NCBI GenBank assembly: GCA_039208735.1
Contig: JBCCQY010000119.1
Coordinates: 1 to 28,085 of the forward strand
DNA: 28,085 nucleotides
Direction: 5' to 3'
From: Myxococcota bacterium
Lineage (GTDB): Bacteria > Myxococcota_A > UBA796 > GCA-2862545
Shown in pieces: positions 7,492-16,888 of this stretch. Within the stretch, counting starts at the first letter, position 1. Every line of letters starts with the position of its first letter. The notes beneath the pieces were generated by a model. It was given only the letters and a program-made list of their open reading frames with translations. It did no database searches and was not told the DNA's origin. Both the position numbers and the translations under genes were made by a program.

Positions 7492-8511
7492 CTACATGAG
7501 GATCTGACCCGCCGGCTCGCGAGACGGTGGGAGTTCTTCCTGTCCGATCATCTCGAGGATGTCGCGCTGAATGCCCCGCGCCATGGCCGTGATGGGCACA
7601 TCGTTGGCGAGTCCTTCGAACGGGTTTTCCGACCAGTCGCCAATCTTGTCGGTGGTCAGGAAGACCCATGAAATGAGGGTTGAAAAGGGGACCGACAGCC
7701 AAGCGAGGCCGGGTCCCAAGCCGCTGAACTCGTGGAGCAGACCAAACGGCACCAATGCGGTGAACACGATGGCAAACAGCGAGTTCACGGTGGCGTATTG
7801 CCTCGGAAAGGGGAAGTTTTTGATGCGCTCAGCTTTGCCCTGTTGCGCCATCAACTCCCTCAAGACCTCCTGAAGCTCCATGTGGGCGAACCCATCGATG
7901 ACCCCCCAATCGCGAATCTCAGCCAGGTGCCGCGATTGGTTCGCCAGCAGATGGGCCGCGGGGTTGATCTTGCCCAACACTTCGTCGAGTTCGGTTTTGG
8001 AGAGGTAGGGGGCGAGCGTCTCGGCAAGGTCCTCGGTGTATTCGGCCACGCTGACCATCTCGCGGTACCGATCGAACTGGCGACCTTGGTGCTCCCATGT
8101 GGTGATGCGGCGCAACTGGTAGCGCAGGGCATCGAGCCACGCGGCGTGCCGCAACACTAGCGTCCGCCGAATCTCGAGCAGATCGTTCGCCTCCACCTGG
8201 CTGTCCGGCGGCAGGTGGATCGCCGCGACGAGGTCGCGCGCACTGTAAGCCCAGGAACGGCTTGCGTTCACGATGGCGCCCCAAATCTTTCGGGCTTCCC
8301 AGAGCCGGTCATAGGACGCGCTGTTTTTGAATCCCAGGTAAAACGCAACGGAGATTGCGATGGCGGAGACGGGCAGCCAAGGCAGTCCCAGTGTCACGGG
8401 TGAGTATTGGTCAATGGCGACGATGGACGCGCTGTAGAGGAGCGGGCCCATGATGTTGCCGCTCGACCATTGGAGGGTGGAGCTGACGGTGTAACGACGG
8501 CCAATGTGCAC
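7492..8511 (-). CDS. Bestrophin-family (YneE-like) ion channel
   Basis: AFYLGFKNSASYDRLWEARKIWGAIVNASR, ERIKNFPFPRQY, ENPFEGLANDVP, four hydrophobic segments. Start moved to GTG 8511 (preceded by AAGGGGG) because the longer ORF overlaps the kinase. Confidence 0.92.
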   Translation of the reverse strand: MHIGRRYTVSSTLQWSSGNIMGPLLYSASIVAIDQYSPVTLGLPWLPVSAIAISVAFYLGFKNSASYDRLWEARKIWGAIVNASRSWAYSARDLVAAIHLPPDSQVEANDLLEIRRTLVLRHAAWLDALRYQLRRITTWEHQGRQFDRYREMVSVAEYTEDLAETLAPYLSKTELDEVLGKINPAAHLLANQSRHLAEIRDWGVIDGFAHMELQEVLRELMAQQGKAERIKNFPFPRQYATVNSLFAIVFTALVPFGLLHEFSGLGPGLAWLSVPFSTLISWVFLTTDKIGDWSENPFEGLANDVPITAMARGIQRDILEMIGQEELPPSREPAGQILM

Positions 8512-8605
8512 GAGGCCCCCTTGGGTAGACGCGAACCGCAGTTCTACAGCCAAAGGCCAGGTGTCGGCCACCCTCGAGACGGGCCGGCACGGGGTTTCGC
8601 TTGAA

Positions 8606-10207
8606 TCAGCGCGAGCGAATCGTCCACTTGTCGGCCGAAATGCCCCAGGTGAACGTCGCATCTGCAAGCTGGCGACTGACCTTGAGCGTTTGGATCGATG
8701 TGCGGTTTCCCGTGGGGGCCGTCAGATCGATCGTGTACTCGGCGCTCGGGAGTCTCAGCGTTTTGGGGGTCGTGAACGACCCGGGGCGGCCCCGAATCTG
8801 AAACCGGGCCCCTACGGGAGTGGACGTGATGTGCACGGGATACAAGCGCGCCTCCACGGCGATGGCCGGTTCGGGGTCGGGCCCTTCTCGGGCGGTTGGG
8901 GAAGCCGGCTTCGGCGGGACGGGAGGCGACGCTTCACGCTGTTTAGGTAGATCGACCTTCTTCCTGGGCGTTGGAGAAGGCTTGGGGGTGGGGACAGGCG
9001 CCGGGACAGGATCCGGCACGGTCGGAGGGGGCGCTTCCAGGGTCACCGCCGTGGCCTCTGCGGCGGGAGACCACCGTTCGAGCTGGCGCCAAGCGATGCC
9101 CAACCCCAAGAGCAGCAGCGAAACACCGGCGAGGCCCACTCCGACAAGGCCCAAAATGGCTGCAACCATCCCCTGCCGACCCCAGGCACGTCCCGTGCGG
9201 GCGGGCAGATCGCTCGCTCCCGAATCGTCGAAGGGCGTCGAGGACTCTTCGTGGATCGACTCCCGCAGTGCGGCGGGCGTGGGGGGTGGTCCGGGCCTGG
9301 GCCAGTTGCGTTCCTTGCACCATCGGCGAAGCGTCACCCCATCGGACCATTGGGCCACCAAGGCCTCACAGGTGGTCGCGACTTCGGCTGCGGTCGGACG
9401 GAGGGCGGGGTCGTGCGACAACATCGTCGCAATGAGATCGGCCACCGGGCCAGGCCGCAGCGCCTGGATTCGCTTTCGATAGTATGCGGCGAACGCTTGT
9501 CTATCGATCGCCAGCTTCAGCATTCGCGGGTAGTCCATCTGGTGAAAAAACCGCGTTCCCGTGAAGCCTTCAAAGAATACGCAGCCCAACGCGAACACGT
9601 CGGAGGCGGGTCCCAGCGGCAGGTCCGCATCGAATCGTTCGGGAGCGAGGAACGCGAGGGTCCCCACGACCACCTCGGTGCTGGTCTTGGCGTGCCGGTT
9701 CATGAGGTCGGACCGTGCGATGCCAAAGTCGAGCAGTTTGACGGTTCCATGAACCCCAATTCGAATGTTCTGGGGCTTGATGTCGCGGTGCACGACCTGC
9801 AGCTCGGACCACACTGCGTCCAAGGCGTGAGCCACCTGCTCGATGACCTCGACAAGCGCGCTGCGAGGCAGTCGAGAAGCTCCTCGAAGGCACGCGCTTA
9901 GGTCTTCGCCTTCGATATACTCGGTGACGAGGGCCACGCGGCCGTCGATCTCGGCAAGGTCGTGCGCGGCAAGGACGACCGGGTGGCGGAGCCGTGTGAG
10001 CAAGTACGCTTCGTCCCGGAGGCGCTTGACGGATTGTCGATCGGGGTCCAAGCCGCGAGTCAGAAGCTTGAGCGCGACCTGCTGATCGAGACCTCCAGGG
10101 GTGTGCATCGTTGCAAGGTAGACGTCCCCGAACCCTCCCCGGCCGAGGGTTCCTGTCAGGGTGAAGCGCCGATCGCGCGCATCGGTGAGAACGACGTGTT
10201 CGGTCAT
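8606..10207 (-). CDS. Hanks-type Ser/Thr protein kinase with TM helix, Pro-rich linker and C-terminal PEGA-like domain
   Basis: LGRGGFGDVY, VALK, HRDIKPQN, DFG, APE, DVFALG, RP. TM AAILGLVGVGLAGVSLLLLGLGIAW, then PDPVPAPVPTPKPSP, then VHITSTPVGA..TTP..L. ATG 10207 overlaps the upstream TGA (ATGA). Confidence 0.95.
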   Translation of the reverse strand: MTEHVVLTDARDRRFTLTGTLGRGGFGDVYLATMHTPGGLDQQVALKLLTRGLDPDRQSVKRLRDEAYLLTRLRHPVVLAAHDLAEIDGRVALVTEYIEGEDLSACLRGASRLPRSALVEVIEQVAHALDAVWSELQVVHRDIKPQNIRIGVHGTVKLLDFGIARSDLMNRHAKTSTEVVVGTLAFLAPERFDADLPLGPASDVFALGCVFFEGFTGTRFFHQMDYPRMLKLAIDRQAFAAYYRKRIQALRPGPVADLIATMLSHDPALRPTAAEVATTCEALVAQWSDGVTLRRWCKERNWPRPGPPPTPAALRESIHEESSTPFDDSGASDLPARTGRAWGRQGMVAAILGLVGVGLAGVSLLLLGLGIAWRQLERWSPAAEATAVTLEAPPPTVPDPVPAPVPTPKPSPTPRKKVDLPKQREASPPVPPKPASPTAREGPDPEPAIAVEARLYPVHITSTPVGARFQIRGRPGSFTTPKTLRLPSAEYTIDLTAPTGNRTSIQTLKVSRQLADATFTWGISADKWTIRSR

Positions 10208-10992
10208 AGGGTGCGCGGGGTGGCCAGGCCTCGACCGAGCAGAACCGCCGAGGTGGCCCCGAGCCACACCGCCCCGACCACCAACCCATTGTTGACGATG
10301 CCGGCGGTGCGACGCGCCCCGACGTCTTGCTCCACCCAACCCGACAACGGCACCGTGATCCCGTACGCTGCCGCCCCAAGGGCTCCGATGACGAGCGCGT
10401 GGGTAATGCGGTTACGCCGACGTGATCGAACAGGGGCACCCTCCCCAGACGCGAACCCTGGGGGTGGGTCGAAGGTCAGCACAACATCGCTTGCGGCGGG
10501 CAAGTCGATGATGCGGGCATCGTAGATCGCGTTGGGTTCCCGGCCGATTTGAACGAGATGAAGCCCCGGTGCGACCGTGGCCGGCAGCTGCACCATTTCG
10601 CCATCGATGGCCGCGAAGGTGCCGGGGGTCAAGGGCTCGATGCGCACCAATCCCGGCGCACCCGCGTTGCCGAGGGCCTGTTGGCGCGTTCGCCTTCCCT
10701 CTCCGAAAGCGGGATTCCACGTCGTAGGGGAGGTCCGAAAAGCGGCTCGCAACGCGTCATCGGCCGCCGACGACTCCCCGAAGCCATCGAGCATCACGGA
10801 CTCAGCGTTCCACAGCCGGGCCAGCACGGCTTGGTCCGCACGTGGGCTGCATCCGAAGGCCTCGACCATTTGCTTCGAGATGGCTTCTGCGTCGTCAAAG
10901 CGTGCGTCGAGGACCGCTTTTTCTAGTTGGTCGACCAGGGCAACCGGGTCACAGGTCGCCTGCGCCGTCGCTACGAGCCACCACACCCACAT
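10204..10992 (-). CDS. Exported/membrane hypothetical protein (helical TPR-like N-terminus, small beta domain, C-terminal hydrophobic hairpin)
   Basis: Short signal MWVWWLVATAQA from ATG 10992, Cys pair, AFAAIDG/PGLHLVQI beta segment, two C-terminal hydrophobic stretches. Translationally coupled to the kinase. Confidence 0.75.
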   Translation of the reverse strand: MWVWWLVATAQATCDPVALVDQLEKAVLDARFDDAEAISKQMVEAFGCSPRADQAVLARLWNAESVMLDGFGESSAADDALRAAFRTSPTTWNPAFGEGRRTRQQALGNAGAPGLVRIEPLTPGTFAAIDGEMVQLPATVAPGLHLVQIGREPNAIYDARIIDLPAASDVVLTFDPPPGFASGEGAPVRSRRRNRITHALVIGALGAAAYGITVPLSGWVEQDVGARRTAGIVNNGLVVGAVWLGATSAVLLGRGLATPRTL

Positions 10993-11076
10993 TCGAGGCT
11001 CCCGTCGCTCGGGATTCAACCACGCTCTCGCGGGGTCCCGTTCCGGTCAGACCCTACCGCACCACCGATCGCCCGG

Positions 11077-11991
11077 CTAGCCAGTCGGGCTCGACAAGAA
11101 GGCCACCACGTGGTCCACGAACGCGCGAACCTTGGGGTCGAGGTGCTCCCGTTCGGGGTAGACGACCGAAAGCCGGCCCGACATTCCTAAGACATCGTGC
11201 AAAATGGGTTGAAGCGTCTCGCGAACGTCGTCGGGCAGGCTCTTGAGGACCTCCTCCGGAACCATGCCAATCCCGTCGCCCCGGATGATCCCGCGCACGA
11301 TGACCGCCATCTCAGAGGTGGCCAGGCGGCCCGATACCGCAACCCCGCCACCATCGAGCCGCGGCCAGGTGTTGGCGGGGCGGGCTGAGATGGCATCGAA
11401 GGTGCGCAGGCATTCGTGATCGGCCAGCTCGCCGAGTGAACGTGGCTGACCTCGTCGCGCGATGTACCGGTCCGATGCCCAAGCGCTCACCCGACTCGAT
11501 TGGATGTGGCGAGCCACGAGTCCCTGGTCCCGAACGATGCCTCCCCGAACGGCACAGTCGAAGCCCTCGCCAATAAGGTCAACATGCCGTGGGGTGGTGG
11601 ACAGTTCGAGTTCCACCTCGGGCCAGGCTTCGAGAAACGAAAGAAAGAGGTCTGCGTATCGGGGGTCACCGACGGGAACCGCACTCACCCGAAGGATGCC
11701 CCGCGGGATGCCGTCGAGCCGCCGCACCGCCTCCTCGGCTTCCCGAACCTCGTCGAGGATCCTGGATGCTCGCCGGTAAAGCTCGATGCCCGCTGGGCTT
11801 GGAGCCAGCTTTCGGGTCGTCCGGTGCACGAGCCGGACCCCCAATCGATCCTCGAGTCGCGACAACCGCCGCGAAAGCGTGGCACGCGGCACGTCGAGGA
11901 CCCGCGCTGCCGCCGAAACACTGCCTGCGTCGACGATAGCCACGAAGTCCGTCAACCCATCCAGGACATCGCTGGGCAGCGGCTCGTTCAT
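11077..11991 (-). CDS. LysR-type transcriptional regulator (CrgA-like)
   Basis: FVAIVDAGSVSAAARVLDVPRATLSRRLSRLEDRLGVRLVHRTTRKL HTH; PRGILRVS, DLIGEGFDCAVR, C-terminal PKVRAFVD. Confidence 0.96.
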   Translation of the reverse strand: MNEPLPSDVLDGLTDFVAIVDAGSVSAAARVLDVPRATLSRRLSRLEDRLGVRLVHRTTRKLAPSPAGIELYRRASRILDEVREAEEAVRRLDGIPRGILRVSAVPVGDPRYADLFLSFLEAWPEVELELSTTPRHVDLIGEGFDCAVRGGIVRDQGLVARHIQSSRVSAWASDRYIARRGQPRSLGELADHECLRTFDAISARPANTWPRLDGGGVAVSGRLATSEMAVIVRGIIRGDGIGMVPEEVLKSLPDDVRETLQPILHDVLGMSGRLSVVYPEREHLDPKVRAFVDHVVAFLSSPTG

Positions 11992-12129
11992 GATTCGTGA
12001 TCCGTGTGGTCAGGTGATGCGCGAATTCACCTACTTGTGGCGCATCTGAGCGAACCGTATCTTGCGGGAAGAACGAGGGGGGAAGGTCCTACAAATGCCT
12101 GCCCCACTCTCGGATTCGAGGAGTCGAAG
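11992..12129. promoter_or_regulatory. Divergent LysR/DoxX control region with inverted repeats
   Basis: AGGTGA (12012-12017) / TCACCT (12027-12032) and GATGCGC (12016-12022) / GCGCATC (12040-12046) dyads just upstream of the lysR start; GAGGAG RBS at 12118-12123. Confidence 0.4.
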
Positions 12130-12519
12130 ATGGATGGGAAGACCATTGGTTATTGGGTTTCCACTGGACTGTTCGCCCTGGCGCTCGGCGCCTCCGGCGT
12201 GGGCTATCTGACGGGCGCGATGAACGAGGCGCTCTTCGCCCTTGGTTACCCGCTGCACTTCATCTACCTGCTGGGGACTTGGAAGGTCCTTGGCGCGATC
12301 GCGCTGCTGGTGCCTGCGTTTCCTCGCCTCAAGGAGTGGGCCTACGCAGGGTTCTTCTTCAATCTGACCGGCGCTGCGGTGGCACATCTTGCGGTGGACG
12401 GCGTGGGTGAAGCGATTCCGCCGCTCGTATTGCTTGCGATTCTGGGGGTGAGCTACACGTTGCGGCCGGCCCACCTCTCGTTCTCGCCCGCGAGCGACCT
12501 TCAGCCCGCGACCAACTGA
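12130..12519 (+). CDS. DoxX-like (DoxX_2) membrane protein
   Basis: MDGKTIGYWVSTGLFAL..LGYPLHF..LLGTWKVLGAIALLVP..RLKEWAYAGFFFNLTGA..AH signature; four TM segments; RBS-supported ATG at 12130. Confidence 0.92.
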   Translation: MDGKTIGYWVSTGLFALALGASGVGYLTGAMNEALFALGYPLHFIYLLGTWKVLGAIALLVPAFPRLKEWAYAGFFFNLTGAAVAHLAVDGVGEAIPPLVLLAILGVSYTLRPAHLSFSPASDLQPATN

Positions 12520-14177
12520 TCGGGGTCGGGGTGGCGCTGGTCGATGTGGCCAAGGGCGGCCCGCAGTGGACCCAGGTGGTGACCATAAGGCCGCCACCGG
12601 CCCCGGGACCGCTCGTGGATCGGCTCGAGCACTTCGAGTTGACTTAGGGTGCCTGCGGTGCGGGCCGCTGCCTCCGGCTTCAGCACGTCGGCGTGAAACT
12701 CCACCCGCAGGAAGTTGAGGACGCCTCGCAACGTAGGCTCGGGTTCGGCCACCAGTGCGTCGTAGTCCACCGTGTGGAATCTTAAGGGCAGCGTCGCCCG
12801 CCAATGCTCAAGCAGTCGATTGGCCTCTCGAATCCACACGCCGATGTGGTCGAGCTGAGTCGCCCAACCGAGGCCTCGACCAAACGGTTGCCGAAAACAA
12901 GAGAAGCCAGTGGCCATGGGGTCGCGCTGCATCACCACGACGCGGGCGCCGGGAGCGATTCGAGCCAGCAAGCCGAGATGGAGCAGGTTGCTCGGCATCT
13001 TGTCGACGTAGCGAACCGCTTTCTGCTCCGCATCGAGCAGGGAACTGATGTAGCTCTGCAATAGTGGGCGCACGATGGGGCCGGTGAGGCGGGGCAGCGC
13101 ATCGACCCAGTCCTGCTCGTCCGCGCAGGGAATGGCAAGGGCGACGTCGCGCAGCGCCTCGAGTTCGCCACAGGCGACAATGTCGGGATGGCGGGAGAGG
13201 GCCTGCTCAAGGAGGGTGGACCCACTCCGAGGAACGCCGACGACGAGAACGATGCGTTCGTCGAAACGCTTGGGCAAGGCCCCGAAGTCGAACGTCTTGG
13301 TCCGCGCAATGAGGTGGTCGATGGCCTGGGTGTGTCGGGTCGGATCGAAGGTCGTGCCGCGGGTTTCATTGGCTTGGGCCCAGGATTGAAAGGCCTCATC
13401 GACATCACCCATGGCATCGCACAACTCGGCGCGGGCATGGAGCAACACCAACAATTGCGGCCGCGGAGGGTGAGCTGCGATGGCCCGGTCCAGGGCGGGG
13501 CGTGCGATTTCGGGCGATCCGGTCAGGGTGGCCGCCTTGGCGGCCATGGCGATCAGTCGCGCATCGGCCGACTCCGTGGAGAACACCCACGTCAGTCGCG
13601 TACGCACTTCATCCGGTTTGCGTTCCTGAAGTTTGAGTTGGGCCCAGGCCGCAAGCGCGCCAGGATGTTCCGGCGCAAGGGCGAGCGCCTGGTCGAGAAA
13701 CGGCACCGCCTCCGCCCGGTCGCCGCTCAGCAGCAGGCTCGTGCTCAACCGTACGAGGCCTTCGAGGTGATTGGGGTCGCAGGCGAGTGCGCGCCGAAAG
13801 CAGGCCACGGGCTCATCACGGACCCCTCGCAGGGCGAGTACATGGCCGAGGGCGACCCAGGTCCCTGCACGGCCGGGAGCGTGTTGGGCGGCTTGGCGTA
13901 ATGCCGAGGCGGCCTTGTCGAGGTCGTCTCGATCCGCGAACGCGAGCCCCAACACCAACCAACCGAGTCCGTCATCCGGCGCGACCTTCACGACCGGAGC
14001 CAACACGGTAATCGCTCGGTCAGGTTGTCCGTTTCGACGAAGGTGATCGGCGTATTGAACCGCTGCCGTCGTGAACGTGGTTCTGAGTTGTCGTTCGTTA
14101 CCGCTCATGGCTCGGGCCCTCACCTTGCCATCGGCGACCAGGAGCGGCTCTGGATGTTGGTTTCCTGAATTTCTCAT
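12501..14177 (-). CDS. TPR-repeat sulfotransferase family protein
   Basis: Multiple N-terminal TPRs; 5'-PSB loop VVGVPRSGSTLLEQALSRHP, GEL, DKMPSN, RDPMATGFSCF, YDALVAEPE, RWRPY. Start uncertain (14177 or 14108). The 3' end overlaps doxX by 19 bp. Confidence 0.92.
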   Translation of the reverse strand: MRNSGNQHPEPLLVADGKVRARAMSGNERQLRTTFTTAAVQYADHLRRNGQPDRAITVLAPVVKVAPDDGLGWLVLGLAFADRDDLDKAASALRQAAQHAPGRAGTWVALGHVLALRGVRDEPVACFRRALACDPNHLEGLVRLSTSLLLSGDRAEAVPFLDQALALAPEHPGALAAWAQLKLQERKPDEVRTRLTWVFSTESADARLIAMAAKAATLTGSPEIARPALDRAIAAHPPRPQLLVLLHARAELCDAMGDVDEAFQSWAQANETRGTTFDPTRHTQAIDHLIARTKTFDFGALPKRFDERIVLVVGVPRSGSTLLEQALSRHPDIVACGELEALRDVALAIPCADEQDWVDALPRLTGPIVRPLLQSYISSLLDAEQKAVRYVDKMPSNLLHLGLLARIAPGARVVVMQRDPMATGFSCFRQPFGRGLGWATQLDHIGVWIREANRLLEHWRATLPLRFHTVDYDALVAEPEPTLRGVLNFLRVEFHADVLKPEAAARTAGTLSQLEVLEPIHERSRGRWRPYGHHLGPLRAALGHIDQRHPDPDQLVAG

Positions 14178-14300
14178 TGTGATGATTGAACTTTGGTTGA
14201 AGACTCCTGATGTTTTTCACCAAACAAGAGGTGTCGTTGGACCGATGCGTGTTGAACCAAAAGTGCGGATAGGCCTTGTGCAGGCTGGGAGGTCCTGGTC

Positions 14301-14735
14301 GTGCCCATCAACCGAGCGGACGCGAAGACCGAGCTGTTGCGCTGGCATCGCTGGTCGGTGGTGCTCAGGGCCGAGGGGTTTCAGCAACGAGATGGCGCTT
14401 CGCTGATGGCCTCGCTTGAGCGTGCCCTCGAGGGGTCCCCGAACGTGCCGGAGGTTGGTTCAGCCGATGGCGAGTGGATCGAAGGGCCCGACTATGACGG
14501 GCACGCTGCAGAAGCGCTGATCGATGGCTTCGCAGAACTCGTGAAGACCCTCATGCGAAGTGGATTGCCGCACGCGGTCCGCCTGGGCCACATCTTCGAT
14601 GCCATCGAGGTGCTCCCCATGGAACTCATGCGTGTGGGACCCGCTCACGTCGAGCAGGCCTTGCGCGGGCACGCGGAGGCGTTTCCGGAGCTCGTTTCTA
14701 TGGCCCTGATGTTCCGCTACCGCTTTCGCGGCTGA
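14301..14735 (+). CDS. Hypothetical alpha-helical protein
   Basis: GGGAGG RBS then GTG; 144 aa with normal composition; fills the gap between the sulfotransferase and EF-G genes; no recognisable motif. Confidence 0.65.
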   Translation: MPINRADAKTELLRWHRWSVVLRAEGFQQRDGASLMASLERALEGSPNVPEVGSADGEWIEGPDYDGHAAEALIDGFAELVKTLMRSGLPHAVRLGHIFDAIEVLPMELMRVGPAHVEQALRGHAEAFPELVSMALMFRYRFRG

Positions 14736-14757
14736 AGAAGGCTCGGCGCGGTCGGCG

Positions 14758-16812
14758 CTACAACACGTCGAAGCGGTCGAATTCCATGGTGAATTGGCCG
14801 CGTCCTTTGGTGTTGGACCGTAGATCGGAGGCGTAGCCCACCAAGGCTGACAGTCCGCACTCGGCTTCGATGCGCACGATGTCTCCCTCGGGGGATTGCC
14901 CTAGGATCTGCGCGCCCCGGGCTTGAAGGTCGCCAAGCGTCTGCCCCATGTTCTGGTCGGGCACGACGACCTCGATCTTCATGATGGGCTGCATGAGCTG
15001 GCCCCCTGCTGACACGAGGGCTTCGCGAACCGCACTCGCGGCCGCAATGCGCAGCGCCTGGACGCCCGATGCCGTACCAAACGTGTCGACCCGCACCACC
15101 TCGACGTTGACGTCCTCCAACGGGCTTCCTTCGAGAGGGCCGCCGGAAAGCGCGTCGCGCGCACCTTGGGCCACCGCGTCGGCCTGTTCTGCGGTGGGCT
15201 GAACGCCCTCTGGGGTCCACCGGGGCTCGCTCTTGACGTGAATCCCCTCGCCCCGACCCGCGGGCTCCACCCGGGCTAAACACGCCGCCTTGAGTTCGAG
15301 CGGAGGGGTGCTGTCGATCACGCGATCCACCGACCCCGTGGCTTCCGCCGGGCCAGCGATGGTCTCACGGTGCACGACCCGCGGTTTGCCGAAGCGAACC
15401 TCGAGATTGTAATCGGTCTGAAGGCGTTCACGACGCACCTGAAGGTGGAGTTCGCCCATGCCTTTGAGGATCATTTGCCCCGTTTCCGGGTCGTCTTCGA
15501 AGCGTAGCGTGGGATCCTCTTCGCAGAGCTTGCCTAGAACGTCACGAAGCTTCTCTTCATCGCTGGCCTTCATGGGCTCCACGGCAAGGCCCAGAACGGG
15601 TTCCCGCGCGTCGATGGATTCGAGCTGCAGCGGATGGTCCGGGGGAACCAGCGTGTCGCCGGTCGTCGCCTTCCGGAGCCCCGCGAGAAGCACGATGCGA
15701 CCGGCTTCCGCTTGCTCGAGGCGCATCTTCTTGTTGGCCTGGACGTCGAACACCCGGGCCACCCGTTCGGTGACGTCGGAATGGCCAATTCGGACCGTAT
15801 CGCCTGGGGAAAGCCGGCCCCGATAAATTCGGGCGAAGCAGTGCCGACGCCCATCAAACATCTGGACTTTGAACACCAACGCCGCAAGGGGGGCATCCGC
15901 GTCCATTTGGACGGTCTCCTGGCTGCCGTCGGGCAAGGTGCCCTCGTCGGCTACGCGCTCGAGGGGGGAGGGCAACAGCTTGTTGACCGCATCGAGCACG
16001 GGCTGAACGCCCCAGTTCCGAAGAGCACTGCCCGAAAATGTAGGTCGAACGACCGACTCAAGGGTTAGCCGTCGCAAGACCTGCCACACGTGCGCTTCGG
16101 CAGGTTCCTCATCGGCGAGCACGATCTCGGCGAGTTCCTCATCGTGGTCCGCCAACGCCAAGAGCAAGGTCTCGCGGTAGGGGGCAAGCATTTCGACCTC
16201 GCCCTCGTTCAGATCGCGTACGTCGACCTCTTGGCCTCGGTCGCCCGAAAACGTGTAGGCCCGCTGCTCAATGCAGTGCAGCACGATGCGCTCTTCGATG
16301 ACGGGCACCGTTACGGGCACGGGATTGGCGGAAAGCCGGTCACGGACTGTGTCCAGCGCCCGTTCGTAGTCGGCCCCTGGCTTGTCCATCTTGTTGATGA
16401 ACAGCATGCGAGGCACCTCGTGCTTGTTCGCCTGCCGCCACACCGTTTCGGTTTGGGGTTCCACTCCCCGGACCCCGTCCATGACGATGATCGCGCCATC
16501 GAGCACGCGCATGGACCGCTCGACCTCAACGGTGAAGTCGATGTGCCCCGGCGTATCGACGATCTGGATGAGGTGGTCCTTCCAGGGGCACTGCACGACC
16601 GCCGCCCCGATGGTGATGCCGTGCTCCTGCTCCTGCGTGTCGAAATCCGTGACCGTGTTGCCGGTATGGACTTCGCCGATCTTGTGGGACGCACCGGTGT
16701 AGAACAGCACGCGCTCGGTCAGGGTCGTTTTGCCCGCATCGACATGAGCCGCAATCCCAATGTTGCGCACCCGGTCGAGGGGCACTTTGGGACCCTCTTT
16801 ATCCTTGGCCAT
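14758..16812 (-). CDS. fusA: Elongation factor G paralogue (divergent, outside the str operon)
   Basis: RNIGIAAHVDAGKTTLTERVL, EQEHGITI, DTPGHIDF, NKMD, GSA, EEDPT..GMGELHL, RETI, QPIMKIEV, GYASDLRSNTKGRGQFTMEF. ATG 16812 preceded by GGAGAG. No rpsL, rpsG or tuf nearby. Confidence 0.93.
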   Translation of the reverse strand: MAKDKEGPKVPLDRVRNIGIAAHVDAGKTTLTERVLFYTGASHKIGEVHTGNTVTDFDTQEQEHGITIGAAVVQCPWKDHLIQIVDTPGHIDFTVEVERSMRVLDGAIIVMDGVRGVEPQTETVWRQANKHEVPRMLFINKMDKPGADYERALDTVRDRLSANPVPVTVPVIEERIVLHCIEQRAYTFSGDRGQEVDVRDLNEGEVEMLAPYRETLLLALADHDEELAEIVLADEEPAEAHVWQVLRRLTLESVVRPTFSGSALRNWGVQPVLDAVNKLLPSPLERVADEGTLPDGSQETVQMDADAPLAALVFKVQMFDGRRHCFARIYRGRLSPGDTVRIGHSDVTERVARVFDVQANKKMRLEQAEAGRIVLLAGLRKATTGDTLVPPDHPLQLESIDAREPVLGLAVEPMKASDEEKLRDVLGKLCEEDPTLRFEDDPETGQMILKGMGELHLQVRRERLQTDYNLEVRFGKPRVVHRETIAGPAEATGSVDRVIDSTPPLELKAACLARVEPAGRGEGIHVKSEPRWTPEGVQPTAEQADAVAQGARDALSGGPLEGSPLEDVNVEVVRVDTFGTASGVQALRIAAASAVREALVSAGGQLMQPIMKIEVVVPDQNMGQTLGDLQARGAQILGQSPEGDIVRIEAECGLSALVGYASDLRSNTKGRGQFTMEFDRFDVL

Positions 16813-16888
16813 CTCGCTCTCCAGCTGTCGAGCGCGTAACCCTGCCCGATGGGGCCTGTCGCGCCGTATCGTGGCGGCCGGTCGAGAC

